A stretch of DNA of 64,000 nt from Dehalococcoidia bacterium. GTDB taxonomy: Bacteria; Chloroflexota; Dehalococcoidia; Lucifugimonadales; Australimonadaceae. The DNA lies in the NCBI GenBank assembly GCA_965208625.1, contig OZ242348.1:1391545-1455544 (forward strand), in the 5' to 3' direction. Shown here piece after piece: positions 20,680 to 29,459 of the stretch; position 1 is the first letter of the stretch; each line of letters starts with the position of its first letter. The translations under genes and the position numbers were made by a program. A model generated the notes under the pieces. It saw only the letters and a program-made list of their open reading frames with translations, did not search any database and was not told where the DNA came from.

Positions 20680-21858
20680 CTACCGCGCGAGGCCCCACGC
20701 GGCCTGCTCGTTGCCCTGCTCCGCGAGGCGCGATGCCACGGACGCGATGAGGTTCCCCATCGCCGTCTCCGACCAGAACCAGCGCTGCAGCTCATCGTCC
20801 CTGTCGTCAGGGCGCTGCGAGAAGCGGGCCTCGAGGAAGAACGCCTTGAGGTCGTCCGAGGCGAGGCGCAGGAACCGCACGGGCTCCACTCCCTCCGGCG
20901 CACGGTCGTATGCCGCGTCCTCCCCGGCGGCGAACGCCTGCAGGTAGCGCACGAGGCCGCGGAACTGCCGCTGCGGCACGCCGCTCAGCCCGACCATCGT
21001 CCGGCCCTCGTGCTCGTCCACCCAACGTTCGTAGTAACCGCGCAGCGCGGTGACCTCGTCGGCGGGGTCGCCGTCCCGGTTCGCCGCCTCCTCTTGCGCG
21101 GCGCTCGCCTGCAGCAGCACGGGCGGCGCGGCGGCGTCCTCCGGGAACTCGGCGAGCACGGGCGTGTCGTTCTCCGACAGCAGACCCAGCGCGGCGGAGA
21201 GCACCTTCTGCTGGAACGGCGGGTCGTCCGGGTTGCCAAGCGCGAACCCGAACGGGAACGGCACCCAGAGCGTGCGGGGTGGCTTCACTCGCTGGGCGTG
21301 CTCCTTGATGAGCGCAACGGTGACGGTCGGCAGGCCGGCCTCCTCGATGGCGCGCGCGAGCACACTGACCGTGTGCGTGCAGTTCGGTCAGGTCGGCGTC
21401 AGGAAGGCCGCGTCCGCGCCCTCCTCCAGCAACAGGCGTCCGACCTCCGGGCCGGTCTCCTCTTCGATGCGGCGCGGGCTGCGCTGCGCCCCCATGAACG
21501 AGTAGAAGTTCTCCGTCACCTCGCCGATCTCGCCGCGCTCCGCCATCTCCCGCAGCCGGTCGATGGGGAACGTGACGTTGACGTCGCGCATGATGCCCGT
21601 CCGGTCGAACCCGATGCTCATGTGGCTCTGGATGATGCCCGAGGCCGGTGAGGACGACGGGATGACGCGGTACGTCTGGTCCCCGCCGGAGAACGGCACG
21701 TCGTCGCGCAGGTGGAGGCCGGCCGTCGTCACGAGCGCGATCTTCGCCTCGTTCAACGGCTTGGTCATCCGCACGCAGGGCGCGTCGTCGTGGTCGAACG
21801 CAGGGAAGTTCAGCATCCCCTGTCGCGTGAGGTCAGGGAGGTCTTCGAGTCTCGGCAT
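20680..21858 (-). CDS. GrdB/PrdB-family selenoprotein (glycine/sarcosine/betaine/D-proline reductase B-like); UGA 21390..21388 read as Sec
   Basis: Two track ORFs lie in one frame, separated by TGA plus 8 sense codons. The joined protein reads ...FLTPT-U-PNCTHTVSVLARAIEEAGLPTV... and a SECIS-like hairpin follows. Confidence 0.75.
21360..21376 (-). promoter_or_regulatory. SECIS-like hairpin GCACAC-GGUCA-GUGUGC
   Basis: Perfect 6-bp stem starting 11 nt after the UGA. The apical loop begins with GGU. Confidence 0.6.
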
Positions 21859-21861
21859 GGG

Positions 21862-22293
21862 CTACTCCTCCTCGTCGAGTCCGTCCGCAGGTGAGCGCGA
21901 CTGCTTCCGGCTGCCGCGCAGCCGCTTCTCCGCCAAGCGCTGCTCCACCGACGCCTGCGACGGTCGCGTGGAACGGCGTTGGCGCGGGGGCATAGCGGCG
22001 TTGCGCAGGATAGCCACGAGCCGCTCGACGGCGTCGTCGCGGTTGCGCTCCTGGCTGCGGTAGCGCTGCGCCTTGATGATGAGCACCCCGTTCGGAGTGA
22101 GCCTGCGTCCTGCGGCGCTGCGCAGCCGGCGCTTCACCTCGTCCGGCAACGACGGCGATGACGCGGCGTCGAAGTGCAGGTGTGCAGCCGTGGCCACCTT
22201 GTTCACGTTCTGCCCGCCCGGTCCTGCGGATGTGACGTAGCGGAACTCCAGTTCGTGCTCGGCCAGATGGATGTTGTCGGTGATGGGGATCAT
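21862..22293 (-). CDS. arfB: alternative ribosome-rescue factor ArfB (peptidyl-tRNA hydrolase, YaeJ family)
   Basis: 143 aa. GGQ motif (SAGPGGQNVNKVATA) and a basic C-terminal tail. Confidence 0.9.
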   Translation of the reverse strand: MIPITDNIHLAEHELEFRYVTSAGPGGQNVNKVATAAHLHFDAASSPSLPDEVKRRLRSAAGRRLTPNGVLIIKAQRYRSQERNRDDAVERLVAILRNAAMPPRQRRSTRPSQASVEQRLAEKRLRGSRKQSRSPADGLDEEE

Positions 22294-22383
22294 GTCTTCA
22301 TGGTAACGCCTGCGCCCTCCGCGTTGACAGACCCCCGCCTGCTGCTATGCTCGCGCCACACCCAACCCTTCCGAGGAGCAAGC

Positions 22384-23280
22384 ATGGCGCGCAGCAGCAA
22401 CAGCATCCGTTTCGGACTCAACCCGCGAGGACTCCCCTACGACCGCATCGTCGAGGTGGCGAAGGCCGCCGAGGCTGCGGGCTTCCAGAACATCTCGTTC
22501 AGCGACAGGCCGCCCGAGAACAACCTGGAAGGCTGGACGCTGGCGACGGCGGTTGCGCTGCAGACGGACCGGCTCCGTGTGACCCACTCCACGCTCAACG
22601 TTCCTTTCCGCAACCCGGCTATGCTCTCCAAGATGGCCACCGCGCTCGACCACATCACTGGCGGCGACCGGCTCATCCTGACGCTCGGCACCGGCATCCA
22701 GGAGAACCACTTCACGACGTACGGCATCGAGTTCGGCACCCCCGGCGAGCGCGTCGACGGCCTGATAGACGCCATCGAGATACTGCGGGGCACGTGGGCG
22801 AACGAGCAGTTCACCTACTCCGGCAAGCGCTACAGCGTCGAGGATGCCACCGTCACGCCACAGCCCGTGAACGGCACGATCCCCATATTCCTTGGCGCGG
22901 CCCTGCCGCGCATGCTCCGCCTCACCGGGCGCGTCGCCGACGGCTGGATACGAAACGGCGGCTGGCCGGCCGACCTCGACGCCTACCGGGAGCAGCTCGC
23001 CGCGGTCGAGGAAGCCGCGAGCGCCGCCGGACGCGACCCCGGCTCGCTGCACCGCGTCGTGAACTGCAACGCCTACGTCGGCGACGAGGACCCGGCCACG
23101 AGACTCGCAACCGTGTTCGGCAATCCCGGTGGGCTGATGGGAACGGCGGAGCAGGTGCTGGACACCGTGGCCCAGTACCGCGAGGCGGGCGTCGACACTT
23201 TCCACGTCCAGTTCCAGAACGACATCATCGACGAGCAGATCCCAGCCTTCGGTGAACTGGTCATCGCCAGGTCGAATTAG
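22384..23280 (+). CDS. LLM-class (luciferase-like) flavin/F420-dependent oxidoreductase
   Basis: 298 aa from ATG 22384. Family-typical segments: FGLNPRG...AAEAAGFQNISFSDR, LILTLGTG, GRVADGW. Confidence 0.8.
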   Translation: MARSSNSIRFGLNPRGLPYDRIVEVAKAAEAAGFQNISFSDRPPENNLEGWTLATAVALQTDRLRVTHSTLNVPFRNPAMLSKMATALDHITGGDRLILTLGTGIQENHFTTYGIEFGTPGERVDGLIDAIEILRGTWANEQFTYSGKRYSVEDATVTPQPVNGTIPIFLGAALPRMLRLTGRVADGWIRNGGWPADLDAYREQLAAVEEAASAAGRDPGSLHRVVNCNAYVGDEDPATRLATVFGNPGGLMGTAEQVLDTVAQYREAGVDTFHVQFQNDIIDEQIPAFGELVIARSN

Positions 23281-23314
23281 GTCGGCTGCTGCCCCGTACA
23301 CACGAGGCCGAGGA

Positions 23315-24262
23315 CTAGTACGAGGCAACCCCGAACTCGTTACGCAGTTCGCGGCCATCGACGTAACGGTGCAGGTTGTCGATGAAGACGCCCCGCTGGA
23401 GGACCCACTTGTCCGGGTCACTGGCGGCGAGCCCGGGGCTGACGATCATGTTGGGGAAGTCCCACGCAGGCGAATCCTCCGGTAGCGGTTCGAATGGCGA
23501 GACATTGATGACCGCTCCGGCGATGACGCCTCCTCGAAGCGCATCGCCCAACGCATCGAGGTCGACGATGTAGCCGCCCCCGACGAGGACCACCAGGATG
23601 GCCGTCGGGCGCATAAGCCCGAGCTCCTTCATCGTGATCCAGGGCCGCCTGTCACCGCCCGGCGGTCTGGCCACGACGACGTAGTCGGACTCCGCCAGGA
23701 GGTCGAGCGTCCCGTCCGGCCCTGCGATCCAGTCCACGTATTCCGGTTTGTGTTCCGGGTGGAGGCGCGTTGCCATCACCCGCATCCCGAATGACCTCGC
23801 CTTCTGCGCAACCGCAGAGCCGATGGTGCCCAGGCCCACCACGCCGAGCGTGCTGCCCTCCAGCTTCCCCAGCCCCATGTCCGCAGCCCAGCGGTGAGCG
23901 CGCTGCGCCTCCATCATCTGCGGCAGTTGCTTGGTCAGCGTCAGGATCGTGGCGAAGGTGAACTCGGAGAACGACGCCCCGTGGATGCCGGTGCACGTCG
24001 TCACGCGGATGGAGCGCTCCCGCATGGACGGTGTGATATAGCTCGCCCCGCCTCCTCGCGTCACCTGCACCCACCGCAGCATGGGCATCGCCGCGATGAG
24101 GTCGTCGCTGAACGGATCGCTCGTGAACAGGACCTCGGTACGTGCCTGCTCCGCTGGATCGAGCTCGAAGCCGGTATGGAACGTCATGCTGGGGAACTCG
24201 CGCTCCAGGAGGCCCTTGTCCTCTTCCGACAGCGGTAGACGGACCCATACATCGCCCGGCAT
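23315..24262 (-). CDS. D-isomer-specific 2-hydroxyacid dehydrogenase, NAD-binding
   Basis: GVVGLGTIGSAVAQKARSFGMRV Rossmann motif. ATG 24262 is preferred (MPGDVWVRLPL...). Confidence 0.85.
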   Translation of the reverse strand: MPGDVWVRLPLSEEDKGLLEREFPSMTFHTGFELDPAEQARTEVLFTSDPFSDDLIAAMPMLRWVQVTRGGGASYITPSMRERSIRVTTCTGIHGASFSEFTFATILTLTKQLPQMMEAQRAHRWAADMGLGKLEGSTLGVVGLGTIGSAVAQKARSFGMRVMATRLHPEHKPEYVDWIAGPDGTLDLLAESDYVVVARPPGGDRRPWITMKELGLMRPTAILVVLVGGGYIVDLDALGDALRGGVIAGAVINVSPFEPLPEDSPAWDFPNMIVSPGLAASDPDKWVLQRGVFIDNLHRYVDGRELRNEFGVASY

Positions 24263-24279
24263 CGACAACCTCTCTCGGC

Positions 24280-25836
24280 TTACGACTTCCGCAGCGCACG
24301 TCCAGGAAACGCTCCCGTGTGCCGCCCCTGCTCCCATACCGGTGTCCCGTTGACGAACACGTACTCGATACCCGTCGCCAGCTGCTTCGGGTCCTCGAAC
24401 GTGGCCTGCGCGCGCACGCGCTCCGGGTCGAACACGACCACGTCCGCCTTCGCTCCGTCGCGGAGTACGCCGCGGTCGCGCAGCCCGAGCCTCCGCGCCG
24501 GAGCGCCTGTCATCTTGTGCACTGCATCCTCAAGCCGGAGCGTCCCCTGTTCCACGGCCTGCCCCAGGAGATAGGGGAACGTGCCATAGGTGCGCGGGTT
24601 CGGCATCTCGCCGGTCATCAGGCCGTCGCTGCCCACCATCTGCGCCGGATGCTTCATGATGGTGCGCACGTTGTCCGGATTGCCGGTTCGTGCGACGAAC
24701 GCCACCTCCAGCCGCTCCTCGATGAGCAGGTCGCAGATGGTGTCCACCATGCGCTTCCCCTGCGCGTCAGCCATGTCCTGCAGCGACCGCCCCTCCCATT
24801 CCTTGTTCTTCTCAGAACCGACGTGCGCAAACATGTAGTCCGCCAGCGAGCCGCCCCACTGCGGGTAGACTCCGTCCGCTATCTGGTCGCGCACATCCTT
24901 GTCCGCGATGCGCTGCAGCAGCATCTCCGGCCCCCCCTCGTGCACCCACGGCGGGATGAGCGAGAGCAGGATCGTGCTCGCGGCGGGGTACGGATACTGG
25001 TCGAACGTCACGTCGACGCCCGCCGACCGCGACTCGTCCACGAGCGCCACCATCCGCTCACCCATGCCGGGGACAGGGTTGTGGTAGTGGGATATCTGCA
25101 CCGGCGCGCCTGATTCCCTGCCAACCGCTACTGCCTCGCGGAACGGGTCCAACAGGCCATCGCCGAGCGCATACCGGCTGTGCGTCACGTAGATGCCACC
25201 GTACGGAGCGACAGCCCCAGCGATCTCGGTCAGCTCGTGGGTATCGCTGTAGATGTTCGGCACGTACGTCAAGCCGGTGGAGAAGCCGAACGCGCCGTCA
25301 CGCATCCCCTGCACGGCCAGTTCGCGCATCCGGTCCAGCTCCGCATCGGTAGGCAGACGGTTCGCCCATCCCATCGCCTCGATGCGGAGCGCTGCATGCG
25401 GCACGAAGTAGACGACGTTGCACGACGACGTGCCTTCGAACAGGTCGAGGAACGACGCGACCGACGTCCACTCCGTTCCTTCCGGCGGGCGTCCGTTCAC
25501 TGCGGCGAGGTAGTCGACGAGGTGCTGCCGGTTCACGGACGAGATGGGCGCGTAGGAGAGGCCGTCCTGCCCCAGCGCCTCAGTCGTGACACCCTGGCTC
25601 ACCTTTGGTTCATGTCGCGGCGACGTGAGCAGTGCGAAGTCGGAGTGAGAGTGCATGTCGATGAAGCCGGGGCAGACCGCCATGCCGGAGGCGTCTATCG
25701 TGCGGCCCGCCTCGACGTTCGACACGTCGCCTTCCAGCACCGTGACGGTATCGCCCTCGATGCCGAGGGCGGCTCGGAACCACGCGCGCCCCGCGCCGTC
25801 TATCACCTTTCCGTTCACGATGAGCGTGTCGAACAT
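24280..25836 (-). CDS. D-aminoacylase / N-acyl-D-amino-acid deacylase family amidohydrolase
   Basis: 518 aa. MFDTLIVNGKVIDGAG...GFIDMHSHSD metal-binding motif. Confidence 0.85.
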   Translation of the reverse strand: MFDTLIVNGKVIDGAGRAWFRAALGIEGDTVTVLEGDVSNVEAGRTIDASGMAVCPGFIDMHSHSDFALLTSPRHEPKVSQGVTTEALGQDGLSYAPISSVNRQHLVDYLAAVNGRPPEGTEWTSVASFLDLFEGTSSCNVVYFVPHAALRIEAMGWANRLPTDAELDRMRELAVQGMRDGAFGFSTGLTYVPNIYSDTHELTEIAGAVAPYGGIYVTHSRYALGDGLLDPFREAVAVGRESGAPVQISHYHNPVPGMGERMVALVDESRSAGVDVTFDQYPYPAASTILLSLIPPWVHEGGPEMLLQRIADKDVRDQIADGVYPQWGGSLADYMFAHVGSEKNKEWEGRSLQDMADAQGKRMVDTICDLLIEERLEVAFVARTGNPDNVRTIMKHPAQMVGSDGLMTGEMPNPRTYGTFPYLLGQAVEQGTLRLEDAVHKMTGAPARRLGLRDRGVLRDGAKADVVVFDPERVRAQATFEDPKQLATGIEYVFVNGTPVWEQGRHTGAFPGRALRKS

Positions 25837-25947
25837 GCGCGCACTCCCGGTGGGTTAGACCTCACAGGGCATGATAGCCGAGCGAAGGCTCATGCTAAGC
25901 CGCCCGGAACACGGGCGAGGGACGAAGAACACGCTGTTGCGCTTGCC

Positions 25948-26472
25948 CTAATCCGGGTGGCGGGCACGGCTCGCGGCCTGCGATACCTGCACCGCGCGCT
26001 GGGCCATGACCGCTTCCGCCAGCGTGTGGAACCGCCCGGAAACCACCTTGAGCACCTGGCCGAGCAGCCGGTAACCGACGTGCGGATCGCGCACGCACAG
26101 GTCCGCGAGCTGCGAGCCTTCGAACCGCGCGAGCGTTGCATCGGTCACACATACGGCGGTGAGCGAGTAGACGAACGGCTCCACCAGCGCCGACCAGCCG
26201 AATATCTGTCCGGCCTTAGCCGTAGACACCTTGCGATGCGGCGTGTCGATGCCCCACCACTCCGGAACGTTCATCCGCAGTTCCACCTCGCCGTCGAGAG
26301 CGACGTAGAGGTGTTGGGCATACTCTCCGCTTCCGAACAGTTCGGTGCCCGCTTCAGCGGTGACCGTCGTCGCCAGGTCCTGGAAACGCTCGATGTGGAT
26401 GGGGCTGAAGCCTTTGAGTAACTCGCTGTGTGCTAGCACATTCTCCAACGCGGTCCTCCCAGCAGCGGTCAT
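25948..26472 (-). CDS. cyclic nucleotide-binding domain protein (no DNA-binding domain)
   Basis: 174 aa. cNMP-binding beta-barrel pattern (GEYAQHLYVALDGEVEL...IFGWSALV). No C-terminal HTH. Confidence 0.7.
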   Translation of the reverse strand: MTAAGRTALENVLAHSELLKGFSPIHIERFQDLATTVTAEAGTELFGSGEYAQHLYVALDGEVELRMNVPEWWGIDTPHRKVSTAKAGQIFGWSALVEPFVYSLTAVCVTDATLARFEGSQLADLCVRDPHVGYRLLGQVLKVVSGRFHTLAEAVMAQRAVQVSQAASRARHPD

Positions 26473-26552
26473 GGTTTCAGCTACGGATTACACCACACGG
26501 AGTGCGGCCTGTGAACAAATAGCCTAGCAGATGGGACATCGTGCGATACGGC

Positions 26553-27542
26553 TCACGGCGAGAGGTCGATGACGATGTTCCCTATCGCGGTGTTGCTCTC
26601 CTGCATCTCATGTGCTGCGGCGATGTCGTCCAGCGGCATGACCGCCGCGATGGGGTGCGTGAGCGCGCCACCTGCGATGGCGGTCGCGATGTCGTCCACC
26701 GCCTGCCGCTTGGCCGATTCCGGCTCCGAGTAGACGAGCACGAAATGCACTGTCGCATTCTTCCGCGAGAGCGCCTGGTATTCGACCGCAGGCTCGCGGT
26801 CGCCGGTTGAGGCATAGCAGCCGATCGCGCCATTCAGCCGCAGTGCGCGCTTGCTGGCGGCAAGGTTGCCGCCGAAGTCGACCTCGACGATGCGCTCGAC
26901 GCCCTCCCCGCCTGTGAGTTCCAGCACGCGCTCCCCCACGTCTTCCGTTCGGTAGTTGACCGTGTGGTCCGCGCCTGCGCGCAGGGCGTGCCCCGCCTTC
27001 TCGTCCGAACTGACCGTGGCGATGACCGTCGCTCCGCCCCACTTGGCGAGCTGGATGGCGCAGTGCCCCACGGCACCCGCGCCGCCGGTCACGAGAACGG
27101 TCATGCCGTTCACCGGCCCGCTGGCGAACAGGCAGCGGTGCGCCGTCATCGCCGGAATGCCGATGCACGCGCCCTCCGGGAACGTCACGCTCTCCGGAAG
27201 CGTCGGCGCGTGGCCCGACGGCAGCGCGATGTACTCGGCCGCAGTGCCGAACGGACGCTGCCACTGGCCTTCGAAGAGCCAGACACGCTCGCCGACCCGG
27301 GACGCGTCCACACCCGCACCCACCGCCTCGATGACGCCTGCGCCGTCGCTGTGGGGGATGACACGCGCGAACGGCATCTGCGGCCCGCGTGAGCCGGTGC
27401 GAGACTTCCAGTCCGACGGGTTCACGCCGGATGCGTGGACGCGCACGAGCACCTCGCCGGGCCCGGGCTCCGGGTTCGGCACCTCACCGACGTGAAAGAC
27501 GTCCCGCGCAGGGCCGTACCGCTCGTACCACGCTGCTCTCAT
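26553..27542 (-). CDS. NADPH:quinone oxidoreductase / zinc-type alcohol dehydrogenase family
   Basis: 329 aa. GEVLVRVHASGVNPSD and VLVTGGAGAVGHCAIQLAK motifs. Confidence 0.85.
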   Translation of the reverse strand: MRAAWYERYGPARDVFHVGEVPNPEPGPGEVLVRVHASGVNPSDWKSRTGSRGPQMPFARVIPHSDGAGVIEAVGAGVDASRVGERVWLFEGQWQRPFGTAAEYIALPSGHAPTLPESVTFPEGACIGIPAMTAHRCLFASGPVNGMTVLVTGGAGAVGHCAIQLAKWGGATVIATVSSDEKAGHALRAGADHTVNYRTEDVGERVLELTGGEGVERIVEVDFGGNLAASKRALRLNGAIGCYASTGDREPAVEYQALSRKNATVHFVLVYSEPESAKRQAVDDIATAIAGGALTHPIAAVMPLDDIAAAHEMQESNTAIGNIVIDLSP

Positions 27543-27557
27543 CCTGCAGTTCGCCTC

Positions 27558-28634
27558 CTAGACCTCGCACTCGACGTCGAACTCGGCGCAGACGCCCCGA
27601 AACCAGTCGACCACGTCGCGGTGCAGCGGGATGCCCTTCACGGAGCGCTCCTCCAGCGCGTCCCACTCCGGATCGCCCGCCACCATCACGCGGTCGTGAC
27701 CTGTCGCGGGAGGCGTCGCCTTCAGTTCGCGGATGAAGTCGTCCATGCGCGCCTTGAAGTCACCCACGTCGCTGAACGCGTCGATGTTGTACGCCGCGAC
27801 GTAGTGGCGGTAGTTCTGCCTTCCCGCCTGCATCCCGTAGTCCGTGCCTGAGAGCACGGAGCACATGATGTCCACCGCTACTGCGAGCCCGTATCCCTTG
27901 TGCGAACCCGAGTCACGGTTCGTGCCGAGCGGCAGCAGGATGTAGTCGTCCGGCACGGGCGCGGGCTCCATCACCGGCGTGCCGTCCTCCGCCGCGATGG
28001 TCCCCGGCGGGAGCAGCGTCCCCATACGGCGGGCGTTCCGCACCTTGTTGACCGGCACCACGCTCGTCGCCATGTCGAATACCCACGGACGCTCCTCCCC
28101 CGTGGGCGCGGCGATAGCGATGGGGTTCGTGCCGAGGCGCGGCGCCCGCCCGAACGTCGGCGCGACGTCCGGCCCCGTCGCCGTCATGCAGACGCCGATC
28201 ATGTCGTGCGGCAGGGCAAGCATCGCGTGGTAGGCCGCCATGCCGACGTGCCCGCCATTGAACATCGTGACAACGCCGATGCCCGTGTTCCTCGCTTTCT
28301 CGATGGCGATCTCCATCGCCCTGGGCGCGATGATGACACCGAGCCCTCGGTCGCAGTCGATGTTGGCCGACGCCGCGCGCTCCCGGACGATGCGCCACTG
28401 GGGCGCCGTCTTCTGCACGCCGCTCTGGTAGCGGTCCAGGTAGACCTTCAGCATGTTGGAGACACCGTGGCTGTCCACGCCGCGGAGGTCGGCGGTGACG
28501 AGCACGTCCGCCGCGAGCGCAGCGTCAGCCTCGTCGAGTCCCACCTTCCTGAACAGCGCCTCCGTTGACTCGCGCAGCGGGGCAGTCTGTACGCGAACGG
28601 CATCCTCTTCGCGGATGTGGAAGCTCTGTGTCAC
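27558..28634 (-). CDS. Ldh2-family (malate/L-lactate/sulfolactate type 2) dehydrogenase
   Basis: GTG 28634 with GGAGG 7 nt upstream. LRGVDSHGV, GTNPIAIAAP and SHKGYGLAV motifs. GTGA overlap with the upstream gene. Confidence 0.85.
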   Translation of the reverse strand: MTQSFHIREEDAVRVQTAPLRESTEALFRKVGLDEADAALAADVLVTADLRGVDSHGVSNMLKVYLDRYQSGVQKTAPQWRIVRERAASANIDCDRGLGVIIAPRAMEIAIEKARNTGIGVVTMFNGGHVGMAAYHAMLALPHDMIGVCMTATGPDVAPTFGRAPRLGTNPIAIAAPTGEERPWVFDMATSVVPVNKVRNARRMGTLLPPGTIAAEDGTPVMEPAPVPDDYILLPLGTNRDSGSHKGYGLAVAVDIMCSVLSGTDYGMQAGRQNYRHYVAAYNIDAFSDVGDFKARMDDFIRELKATPPATGHDRVMVAGDPEWDALEERSVKGIPLHRDVVDWFRGVCAEFDVECEV

Positions 28635-29044
28635 GACTGCGCCTCCAGTGCTGCGAGCCCAGCCGCGGCGACCGCCTCGTCCTCTGCAGGGCGCGCGCCG
28701 CTGACGCCTATCGCGCCGACCATCGTGCCGTCCGGCCTGCGAACGGGCAGCGCGCCCTGCCATGGGATGAGCCGCCCGTTCTCCATCATGGAGAGGGCGC
28801 GGACCACGGGCTGGTCCCAGCGGTCGCTCAGATCACCGCTCGGCATGTCCCACGCAGCGGATGCAGCGGCCTTACCCTGGGAGATGGGGACGCTGCGCCA
28901 GAGCGCGCCGTCCATACGATTCAGCGCGACGAGGTCGCCGCGAGGGTCGAGCACCGCGATGCTCACACGGATACCAAGTTCCTCAGCCTTCGCAAGTCCT
29001 GCTTCGAGCATCCGCGCCGCTTCGTCCAGTCGCAACGGTTCCAT
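28631..29044 (-). CDS. GlcG/HbpS-like (DUF336) heme-binding-type protein
   Basis: 137 aa from ATG 29044 (GGAGG upstream). GAIGVSGARPAEDEAVAAAG motif. Confidence 0.75.
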   Translation of the reverse strand: MEPLRLDEAARMLEAGLAKAEELGIRVSIAVLDPRGDLVALNRMDGALWRSVPISQGKAAASAAWDMPSGDLSDRWDQPVVRALSMMENGRLIPWQGALPVRRPDGTMVGAIGVSGARPAEDEAVAAAGLAALEAQS

Positions 29045-29183
29045 GGGTACGCCTCCCTCCAGTGCGAGGCGGAGGATAGCGCATAACGAAGGTGAGCGGG
29101 GGTCAGCACGAGTGAGGGTCGAGGGGTGGGGTAGCACGGATGCCGAGGCTCGTGTATAAAGCACAATCGGCGTTAAAAGAGGT

Positions 29184-29287
29184 GTCCTGAGCAACTGGGG
29201 CGCCCGAGTTCGCCGTTCGGAGTCGGCCCCCCAGTCCCCCGGGGCCACCTCGTCCTGCGGCTCGCTCAAACCACAGTCACTCAGGAC
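29184..29287 (-). ncRNA. candidate structured RNA or leader element (class unknown)
   Basis: GUCCUGAG (29287..29280) pairs with CUCAGGAC (29191..29184). The helix can be extended, and there is an internal GGCCCC/GGGGCC hairpin. ACCUCUUUU follows. The element starts where the adjacent promoter should initiate. Confidence 0.25.
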
Positions 29288-29293
29288 GGGTGA

Positions 29294-29354
29294 ATCTTAA
29301 CGAGCGCGTTTAAGTACTGTCAAGCAGTTTTGAGCAGATTTCAGTGCAGTTTTG
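29294..29354 (-). promoter_or_regulatory. sigma70-like promoter TTGACA-N18-TAAGAT preceded by two CAAAACTGC direct repeats
   Basis: On the minus strand: -35 at 29323..29318 and -10 at 29299..29294. The 9-bp repeats are at 29332..29324 and 29354..29346, 22 bp apart, and the proximal one abuts the -35. Confidence 0.5.
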
Positions 29355-29459
29355 CCGCCTCTCCCATACTGATACTTAACTGGTGGTGCCAGGAGCGCAA
29401 GTATCAATAAAGGCCACTTCCGGTTCCCGCCTGTCAAGCCCCTTGCGCCCCACCCTGCC

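Noticed and set aside
29184-29287. Identification of the structured element as SRP RNA, 6S RNA, tmRNA, RNase P or a known riboswitch (TPP, ZTP, glycine, SAM, cobalamin)
   Set aside because: None of the class-defining conserved strings I can recall (e.g. GGAAGCAGCC, CUGAGA...ACCUGAUC, the B12 box, GAGGAAAGUCC, a tRNA-like 3' end) is present. It is kept only as an unclassified candidate.
29405-29437. Second TTGACA promoter upstream of the first (minus strand)
   Set aside because: The nearest -10-like hexamer (TTATTG) is 21 nt away, too far for a sigma70-type promoter.
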